Positions 57,003-64,000 of a DNA stretch of 64,000 nt are shown here, piece after piece. The first letter of the stretch is position 1, and every line of letters starts with the position of its first letter. The notes beneath the pieces are model-generated. The model was given only the letters and a program-made list of their open reading frames with translations, was not told where the DNA came from and searched no databases. The stretch comes from Terriglobia bacterium (GTDB lineage Bacteria; Acidobacteriota; Terriglobia; JAJPHL01; JAPKYU01): contig CBDCVK010000005.1 in the NCBI GenBank assembly GCA_965223005.1, forward strand, positions 128,001 to 192,000, given 5' to 3'. The translations under genes and the position numbers were made by a program.

Positions 57003-59354
57003 TTAGTGCTTGCCGGTGTAAAGACGGCGGTAGACGGCAACGTTGCGCAGGACCGCCTTAACGTAGTTGCGTGTTTCGGTGAAGGGGACGCTCTCGATGA
57101 ACTCGGCCGGATCGCGGTACTTCCCCCGGGCCAGCCAGGCGTCCACCCGGCCCGGACCGGCATTGTAGCTGGCCAGGGCCGCCTCCAGTCGCCCGTCATA
57201 GCGCCGAAGCACCTGGGAGAGGTACTGCGTGCCCAGCTCAACGTTAGTCTGTGGATCGAACAACCGCGTTCGGCTCGGCCGCGGCTTACCCATCTTGCGG
57301 GCCACGAGCCGGGCGGTGGAAGGCAGCAGTTGCATCAGGCCGCGGGCGCCGGCACGCAAGACGGCCCGCGGCTGGAAAGCCGACTCCTGCCGGATGAGGG
57401 CCGCAACCAGATACGGGTCCAGCCCGCGCCGTTCGGCCTCCGCTTCCACCAGCAGCCACCAAGGGAGCGGAAAAACCAGCTCCCACTCCTTCTGTCCCAG
57501 CTCTTCCGGGGGATAGGCGAGGTAGTTGGGGAATGCCTTGCGAAAATACCGGATGGCGTGCAAGAACCTGCCCCGGTTGTGTTCCAAGCGCGCCAGGTCC
57601 AGCTGCAGGTGGCGGAACGCGGTGGCGTCGTCCGCCGCGGATTGCAACTCCAGCGCCGCCAGGTCCAGCAGCCAGGCAGCCTCCAACGCCTGGGCGCGAA
57701 GCCGGCGCGCCAGGAATTCTACCGGCAGCCCCACTCCAATGGGGTCTGGCCGGTAGGTGGGCACGGCCGCCAAAACGCCGGCTACGTTGCTGGGCACGGT
57801 GCTCGCCGGTACCACCCAGCCGCCGCCCCGGCCGGCCGCAGCGGATCTATCGTTCAGCCTCCGCCTCGCCATCGTGCCGTAGAAATACTGCGGGAAATTC
57901 TCGCTGGTTTTGCGAAAGTAGGCCAGGGCGACGGCGGGTTGCTGGTTCTCGGCAAGGCGGCCAAGCCAGTACAACGCGGCTGCCACCGTCGTGCTGTTCG
58001 GGAAGCGGAGGACCTGTTGCTCCAACAGCCGCCGCGCCGACTCAAAACGTCCCGACCGGTAGTGCTTCCAGGCCACGCGCCAGTGCGCCCGCTCTGCATC
58101 CTTCCCGGATGAAAACTTCTGGTAGAGCGTTCGATAGTAGCTCTCGTAGAGGGCTTCGTCGCGCCTAAGGAAATAGAAGTTCCCTGCGGAAAACAGCGCC
58201 TTCCCATGCCAGGGAGAATCAGGAAACTCGCGGCCCAGGCGGCTTACTGTCTGGCGGAAAGCCGACGTCCGCCGCCGCCGGCGATGGCACTCTCCCAAGT
58301 AATAGAGGCGTTCGGCGGCAACCGAAGCGCTGGCCGGTCGCAGCCGCGGGAGCGAGGCGCAAGCCGTCCCCCTCCTCCTGCCGCGGTAAGCGGCGGCGGC
58401 GGCCCGGACCAGCGCGTCCTCGCGTTCGGCGCCCGAGACCGCGGTAGCCAGTTGCCGGTAGGCTTCCTGCGCCGCACGAAACTGCCGCGCTTCAAACAGC
58501 CGCTCCGCCCGTTGTTTGCGCAGGGCAACAGGTGCCGCAGGAATTTTCCTCTTGGCCTTACGTCTCAGTCGCTGGATTTCCTGCTCGGCCTGTTTGGCCT
58601 CCTGCGAGGCCGGATAAAGGTAGTAGGCCTGGCGGTACGCCTCGATGGCGGTGCGCCCATTGCCCGCCGCGGCATACGCCCGGCCCAGCAGCAGGTCCGC
58701 CTGTGGCCGCTTCAGGTCTCGCCCCGACGCTTTGAGAAACTGGACCGCGGCGGCAGGCTGAGCGGCCTGGATCAGGGTTTCGGCTTGTGCCGCCGCCGCC
58801 CGCGCCCGCAGCGAGCTATGCGGGTGTCGCTGCCGGAAGCCGTTCCACACCTGGAGAGCTTCCTGATGTCGCCCCAACTGGTGCAGTGCGCGCCCCAGGT
58901 AGTAGTCCAGATAGTCGCGCACCGGCGAGACGAGGTTTCGACCGCCGCGCAGAACGAGCACGGCATCCTCGAGTTCGCCTTCCTGAATGGCGCGGTAGCC
59001 GAGCGCCAAGTAGGCCAGGGCACCGGCCTGGTGGTTGGCATGCTTGGCGGCGAAGCGCAGCAGCGCTCGACGAGCATCGGGGGTGGGCGAATCCAGGAAA
59101 CTCTGGCTGGCTGTCCGAAGCCGGCTCATCACCGGGTCGGCGAGCAGTGGGTTGGCGTGAGGCCGGATCCCGGTGCCGGCAAGTGTGGACTGGGGCCGCG
59201 TCCGGGTCTTCTGCTTCGCGGGGCTCGCTGATCCCTTACGCCGCGCGCGCTGGGCCGCGTCTGCTGGCGGCGGCTCCAGCACCAAACCGAGGCCTACAAG
59301 CAGCAGGAGGAAGCAACCGAGGAAGAGGGCAAATGACCGTTGAAACCAACTCAT
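57003..59354 (-). CDS. slt: Soluble lytic transglycosylase (Slt70-like) with TPR superhelix
   Basis: IRQES, GARGLMQL, ASYNAG, ETRNYV; signal peptide. Confidence 0.9.
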   Translation of the reverse strand: MSWFQRSFALFLGCFLLLLVGLGLVLEPPPADAAQRARRKGSASPAKQKTRTRPQSTLAGTGIRPHANPLLADPVMSRLRTASQSFLDSPTPDARRALLRFAAKHANHQAGALAYLALGYRAIQEGELEDAVLVLRGGRNLVSPVRDYLDYYLGRALHQLGRHQEALQVWNGFRQRHPHSSLRARAAAAQAETLIQAAQPAAAVQFLKASGRDLKRPQADLLLGRAYAAAGNGRTAIEAYRQAYYLYPASQEAKQAEQEIQRLRRKAKRKIPAAPVALRKQRAERLFEARQFRAAQEAYRQLATAVSGAEREDALVRAAAAAYRGRRRGTACASLPRLRPASASVAAERLYYLGECHRRRRRTSAFRQTVSRLGREFPDSPWHGKALFSAGNFYFLRRDEALYESYYRTLYQKFSSGKDAERAHWRVAWKHYRSGRFESARRLLEQQVLRFPNSTTVAAALYWLGRLAENQQPAVALAYFRKTSENFPQYFYGTMARRRLNDRSAAAGRGGGWVVPASTVPSNVAGVLAAVPTYRPDPIGVGLPVEFLARRLRAQALEAAWLLDLAALELQSAADDATAFRHLQLDLARLEHNRGRFLHAIRYFRKAFPNYLAYPPEELGQKEWELVFPLPWWLLVEAEAERRGLDPYLVAALIRQESAFQPRAVLRAGARGLMQLLPSTARLVARKMGKPRPSRTRLFDPQTNVELGTQYLSQVLRRYDGRLEAALASYNAGPGRVDAWLARGKYRDPAEFIESVPFTETRNYVKAVLRNVAVYRRLYTGKH

Positions 59355-59523
59355 CGAGGCCCGCGGAAGTGCACTGCCTTCAACCCAGAGGGCCGGGATA
59401 CTCACCCCCCAGCACACCGGGGTCTTCGCCTGCGATGCGCCGCAGCATCTCCTGGCAGCGCTGTCAACTTCCCACCGGTCCCCTTGCCCACTGCCTACCG
59501 CCTGGGGCCCGGCGGCGGCGTGC

Positions 59524-59529
59524 TATAAT
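59524..59529 (+). promoter_or_regulatory. Extended -10 element of the ssrA promoter
   Basis: TGcTATAAT just upstream of the tmRNA 5' end. Confidence 0.65.
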
Positions 59530-59543
59530 CAAATTGAACCCGT

Positions 59544-59897
59544 GGGGGCGTCACGGATTCGACGGGATTGAACTGCTGCTAGAAGGCATGCCGGGGTCCA
59601 GGCACCCGAAATCGCTTGGGAACGAACAACTGCCAATAACCAATTGGCTTACGCTGCCTAATTAAAGGTGGCGCGTTACTTGGTGGCCGGCCCGCAGGCC
59701 GCTAGGTGGCGACGACTTTAGCGGGATAGCTGGTCATCCTCGGTCCGTGGGTGGCTGGCGAAATCTATCGGACTAGTCGGCTTAGATTCTTGTCCGTTCT
59801 AATCTGAGCTGGCGAAACCAATCGAACGCGACTAAGCATGTAGGCTTCTGGTTGTAGGCTCTTCCGGACGCGGGTTCGACTCCCGCCGCCTCCACCA
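59544..59897 (+). ncRNA. ssrA: tmRNA; tag peptide (A)ANNQLAYAA
   Basis: GGGGGCG..GGATTCGAC 5' end; GGACGCGGGTTCGACTCCCGCCGCCTCCACCA 3' end with G3:U pair; tag ORF 59632-59661. Confidence 0.96.
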
Positions 59898-60172
59898 TTG
59901 TTTCTCATTTAGAATCAATCAATTGACAACAGAGACTCCCAAGCGGAGGGGTAATCCTAGGGGACCCGCTCCGGGACTCTCGCTTTCTCTCCTGCAACCG
60001 ATCGTCGGTCCGCAGTGGTAGCCAATGGTGGCAGGGAGAGACCATGAAGATCTGCGATTGAGCCGACATCGCAGCTGGCGTATGCTTTTGCGCGAAAGGA
60101 AGCTCACATTGGAAACTCCGAGTCATTAGAGGCTCCGGGAGTCTTGGCAGAGCCACCGAGGGGAGGAGGATT

Positions 60173-61609
60173 ATGGAATACCAAATGTTGGTCAATGGAA
60201 CATGGGTTTCAGGCGGCGGAAGCATGCCCGTTTACAATCCCGCCAACGAGGAGGTGGTTGGGACGGTTCCCGTCCCCTCAGAGAGAGACGTCCAGAACGC
60301 TTTAGAAGGAGCCGCGCATGCGCAACGCAGCTGGGCAAGACGGACGGGTGTCGAAAGAGGAGCGGCCCTCAAGCGGTGGTGTGAGTTGGTATTAAAGAAC
60401 AGAGAGCGCTTGGCGCGCATCGTATCCCAGGAGCAGGGCAAGCCTTTATCCGAAGCCTTGGGAGAAGTCGATTTCGGCGCCAGTTGGATTGCCTACTATG
60501 CGGAATTCGATCGCCGGATTGAAGGCGATATATTGCCGTCAGACAATCCGGACGAGCAAATTTGGGTCCTGTCCCAGCCCGTGGGTGTGGTGGTGGGCAT
60601 CATTCCATGGAATTACCCGTCGGCGCTGACAGCCCGGAAAGTGGCTCCAGCCCTCATCGCGGGCAACAGTATTGTGCTCAAGCCCCACGAAGAGACTCCA
60701 CTATCGGCTCTGGAAATGGCAAAACTTGCTGAGGAGGCGGGCGTCCCGGCTGGTGTTTTTAGCGTTGTCACAGGGCCCGGCGAAACGGTGGGTGAAGCCC
60801 TGGTGAAGAGCCCCATTGCTCGACTCGTCACTTTTACGGGCAGCGTCCCGACGGGTAAGCAGATCATGCGCACCGCGGCCGATACGGTTAAGATGGTTTC
60901 GCTTGAAATGGGAGGCAAGGCTCCGTTCATCGTCATGGAGGATGCCAACGTCGATGCCGCGGTGAAGACTGCGGTCTTCTCGCGCTTTTTAAACTGTGGC
61001 CAGGTTTGTATCTGTAATGAGCGCACCTATGTCCACAAGAAAATTGCCGACCAGTTTCTTACTAAATTCCTTGCTGAGGTGAAGCAGTTAAGCGTGGGCG
61101 ATCCGCTCCAACAGGACGTTAAGGTCGGACCCAAGTTCAATCGCGAGGAGCTTGAGAAGGTCGAGCGCTACGTGGAGGAGGCACGAAACAATGGTGCGCG
61201 AATTTTGACTGGAGGAAAGCGGCTCAGCGACGGCGCCTTTTCGCGAGGGCACTGGTACGAGCCCACGGTCGTAACCGACATCCGTCAAGATATGAAAATC
61301 ATGCAGGAGGAGGTCTTCGGCCCCGTGATTCCGGTCATGGAGTTTTCCGACTTCGACGAAGGATTGAAGTTGGCGAATGACTCGCGCTATGGACTGGCAG
61401 CCTACTTCTTTTCAAACGACATGAACCGGATTATGCGCGTAGTTCGGGATCTGGAGTGTGGTGAGCTTTACATCAACCGCGGTCCCGGAGAGTCGATTCA
61501 CGGCTTCCATAGTGGGTGGAAACAGAGCGGGATTGGCGGCGACGATGGGAAATATGGCTTGGAGCACTACTTGCAAAGAAAAACTGTTTACATGAAGTAC
61601 CAATCCTGA
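60173..61609 (+). CDS. aldA: NAD-dependent aldehyde dehydrogenase (lactaldehyde dehydrogenase AldA-like)
   Basis: PWNYP, FTGS, LEMGGK, GQVCIC, EEVFGP, GWKQSGIGGDDGK. Confidence 0.85.
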   Translation: MEYQMLVNGTWVSGGGSMPVYNPANEEVVGTVPVPSERDVQNALEGAAHAQRSWARRTGVERGAALKRWCELVLKNRERLARIVSQEQGKPLSEALGEVDFGASWIAYYAEFDRRIEGDILPSDNPDEQIWVLSQPVGVVVGIIPWNYPSALTARKVAPALIAGNSIVLKPHEETPLSALEMAKLAEEAGVPAGVFSVVTGPGETVGEALVKSPIARLVTFTGSVPTGKQIMRTAADTVKMVSLEMGGKAPFIVMEDANVDAAVKTAVFSRFLNCGQVCICNERTYVHKKIADQFLTKFLAEVKQLSVGDPLQQDVKVGPKFNREELEKVERYVEEARNNGARILTGGKRLSDGAFSRGHWYEPTVVTDIRQDMKIMQEEVFGPVIPVMEFSDFDEGLKLANDSRYGLAAYFFSNDMNRIMRVVRDLECGELYINRGPGESIHGFHSGWKQSGIGGDDGKYGLEHYLQRKTVYMKYQS

Positions 61610-61660
61610 CAACCGCCCCTCCGCAGCTTAAGACTCGTGCTAGACTTAGGGAAGGGGCAC

Positions 61661-62488
61661 ATGTTCCGCCGGGCGACAATCGGGCTGCTGGTGCTGAGCC
61701 TACTGGTGTTGCTGAGCGTGCCGCCCGCTTTGATGGCCGCGCCTCCCGGCCGCCGCGGGTTTCGTGGCCACGGGCATGGCGGCCACGCCTTCAGGCAGGG
61801 CCACATTCGTGGAGGTTTTCGCTTCGGGCGTGTTGGGAGGGGGTTCACTCACTTTCGTGGCTTCGGTCACATCCGCCGTGGCGGATTCGGCTTCGGTTTC
61901 CGCACGCGCCACATCGGCTCTCCTCTCAGAATTCGTTCCGCTCACCCCCGCTCCCTTCGCGGGCCCCGGATTTACGGCTACCCGTACGGGTATGCTTATC
62001 CCTACGGGTCCTACTACGGCTACGGTTACGGGCTCGGCTCCTATGGCCTGGGCGGCGTGGCCGCCGTCGGCGTGCCGGTCATAGGGGGCTACGCCTCGGG
62101 CGCTCCGCCGCCGACGGTCATCATCATCCAGGAAGGGCCACAGAGACCGTCAGTCCACATGCCGGCGCCGCAGGCGCCGTACGAGCAACGCGGTGCGAGC
62201 CGACCACCGTCCGAGCGGCCCGACCGGCGTGAGCAGGAGGTTGGTCGCAGGTACCAAACCCGCCCGCCCCCTGTCCCGCCGGAACCCGTCCAGCCTCAAA
62301 CGTTGCTGGTCTTCAAGGACCGCTCTGTCTACTCGGTCGCCGAATACTGGAAAACGGGCGACCAGCTCTGCTTCCTCAACAGCTACGGGGTCGGCAAATG
62401 CGTCCCCGTGGACCAACTCGATCTGGCCTTCACCAAGGAGCTGAACCAAGGGCGCAACCTGAAGCTTGAGTTGAAGGGACCGCAGTAG
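61661..62488 (+). CDS. Secreted low-complexity (G/R/H/F then G/Y/P-rich) protein with small C-terminal domain
   Basis: Signal peptide, RGGF repeats, YGY repeats, C-terminal LLVFKD..YW..LDL..T..LN. Confidence 0.7.
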   Translation: MFRRATIGLLVLSLLVLLSVPPALMAAPPGRRGFRGHGHGGHAFRQGHIRGGFRFGRVGRGFTHFRGFGHIRRGGFGFGFRTRHIGSPLRIRSAHPRSLRGPRIYGYPYGYAYPYGSYYGYGYGLGSYGLGGVAAVGVPVIGGYASGAPPPTVIIIQEGPQRPSVHMPAPQAPYEQRGASRPPSERPDRREQEVGRRYQTRPPPVPPEPVQPQTLLVFKDRSVYSVAEYWKTGDQLCFLNSYGVGKCVPVDQLDLAFTKELNQGRNLKLELKGPQ

Positions 62489-62680
62489 CAGATCGCCTCC
62501 CCTAAGCTTCGGGTCGCGCAAACCTATGCAGGCGTGGGCATGCTTCCTGACGGGCTCGGCCCAACAAGTTGTAGAAGCCTGGTAGGCCGTGCCGCGGTGG
62601 AAAAGCGGGACACCTTCCGGTATCTTTTTCGCTCAAAGTAGAACCGGCTAGCTCAACGTAGCGCCCGGCGCTACGATCCT

Positions 62681-64000
62681 ATGGATACGAGTCGCCTCAA
62701 CCGGTATGTGGTCCTGGCGCTTTCTGTGCTGGCGTTGCTGTATGCGGCGCTGGCGGGCCTGCGCACTGTCGGCGATCTTGACATTGGCTGGCAGATGGCC
62801 ACCGGCCGCTACCTGGTCGAGCACCAGCAAGTTCCCTACCACGAGGTCTTCACCTACACCGCTCGCGGCCAGGAGTGGATCTACCCGCCCTTCTCCGGGC
62901 TGTTCTTCTACGGGCTGTACTCATTCGGTGGCTTCAGCATCCTGAGTTGGTTTTGCGCCGCGTCCTGCGCCGGTGTCGTGGCGCTGCTGCTGCGCGGCGC
63001 CAGCCTCGCCGGCCTGCCACATTGGCCGGCGCTGGCCCCGGCTCTGGCTATCGTGGCCGTGCCGGCGATTGCCTTGCGGGCCGCTCCGCGGGCCGACCTG
63101 TTCAGCACCGTCTTGTTCACCGCCTTCCTCAGCCTGCTGTGGCAGCAGTTCCGTCGAGGCCGCGCTCCCCTGTGGCTGCTGCCTCTGCTGATGCTGGCCT
63201 GGGTGAACCTGCACCTGGGATTCGCCGCCGGGTTGTTGGCGATTGCTGCCTATCTCTTGCTGGAGTTGCTGGAACTGCCCTTTGCCGAGCGGCGCGCCGC
63301 CGCGCTGGCGCGCCTGCGGCAATCGGCGGTATGGCCGGTGGCGACCGTTGCAGCCACCTTGGTCAATCCCTGGGGACCTGGCATCTATGCCGGATTGGTG
63401 CAGCAGGACCAGGTCTTGAAAGCCGTGGGTCCGTTCATCGGCTACTGGCGGAGCACGCCGCTTTCGCTGGCGGCCGCGGCCCAGGCACTGGCCTGGCGAA
63501 GCCCCGAAAGCGGCTACTGGTGGCTGCTGCTGGTCGGGCTGGTGCTCGGCGGCCTATCGGCATGGCGCAGGCAGTTCGGTGCAGCACTGGTTCTGGCCGG
63601 CGCGGTCGCGCTTTCCCTGAGCTATATCCGCTTCCAGGGACTGCTGGCGATCGTGGTGGTCCTTACAGCAGGCTGGCTGTGGCCTTTGCTCTTTCCGCGC
63701 CGGGTGGGCCAGGAAGGCCAGGCCGAGCGATGGCATCCGCGTCTGGCAACCGGCCTGACGCTCGCCCTGCTGGCGGCCATGGTGTCACTGGTTGGGTTCC
63801 GCGTCTCGGACCTGGTCTCGAACCGATACTACCTGTCCCGCGGCGATACTTCCGTCTTCGGCCCCGGCGTTTCCGGCTGGTTCCCGGAGCGGGCGACGTC
63901 CTTCATCCTTCGCGAGCGGCCCCCGGGACAGGTGTTTAACGACTACAACCTGGGTGGCTATCTCATCTGGCGCCTCGGCCCCTACTACCCGGTCTACTTC
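62681..64000 (+). CDS. GT-C-like membrane protein, paralog of 40721..43012, partial at window end
   Basis: Not in the ORF track; MDTSRLNR..LYAALAGLRTVGDLDIGWQMATGRY..WIYPPFSG..PRADLFST..WVNLHLG..NDYNLGGYLIWRLGP. Confidence 0.85.
   Translation, partial: MDTSRLNRYVVLALSVLALLYAALAGLRTVGDLDIGWQMATGRYLVEHQQVPYHEVFTYTARGQEWIYPPFSGLFFYGLYSFGGFSILSWFCAASCAGVVALLLRGASLAGLPHWPALAPALAIVAVPAIALRAAPRADLFSTVLFTAFLSLLWQQFRRGRAPLWLLPLLMLAWVNLHLGFAAGLLAIAAYLLLELLELPFAERRAAALARLRQSAVWPVATVAATLVNPWGPGIYAGLVQQDQVLKAVGPFIGYWRSTPLSLAAAAQALAWRSPESGYWWLLLVGLVLGGLSAWRRQFGAALVLAGAVALSLSYIRFQGLLAIVVVLTAGWLWPLLFPRRVGQEGQAERWHPRLATGLTLALLAAMVSLVGFRVSDLVSNRYYLSRGDTSVFGPGVSGWFPERATSFILRERPPGQVFNDYNLGGYLIWRLGPYYPVYF

Noticed and set aside
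62875-63939. 354-aa ORF in the provided track
   Set aside because: Alternative frame of the real GT-C-like gene starting at 62681
1-64000. CRISPR array, rRNA, prophage
   Set aside because: No regularly spaced repeats, rRNA-like tracts or phage genes were seen

Overview
High-GC bacterial chromosomal window. The gene styles suggest Acidobacteriota (inference): Oar-like TonB-dependent receptors, TPR proteins, REC-PilZ and Acidobacteria-type pilins. Contents in order: tandem paralogous TonB-dependent receptor genes with a DUF5107/TPR neighbour; a B12 acyl-CoA mutase (isobutyryl-CoA mutase signature) with a Cys-less thiolase/DUF35/thioesterase operon; GT2-GT4-pilD-PilS/PilR-like genes; a sat-cysC sulfate-activation unit divergent from three alkaline-phosphatase-superfamily genes, a small RHH-like protein and an Oxa1/DUF106-like membrane protein; tRNA-Pro; amrS; an ECF sigma/anti-sigma operon; a type IV pilin locus (one intact and one frameshifted pilin, sigma54 promoters, PilGHI-like ABC system, GT-C glycosyltransferases, IS1380 remnant); pdxST; assorted metabolic genes; slt; tmRNA; aldA. 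The best candidate for an undescribed system is 23893-32704, a possible PAPS-driven trans-membrane sulfo-transfer module. In it, CysC and a 68-aa protein share a C-terminal EE-x-K-x-RL-x-x-(L/F)GYIE motif. All family assignments come from motif recognition by eye; no searches were run. Some indels and a local duplication may be assembly artefacts.
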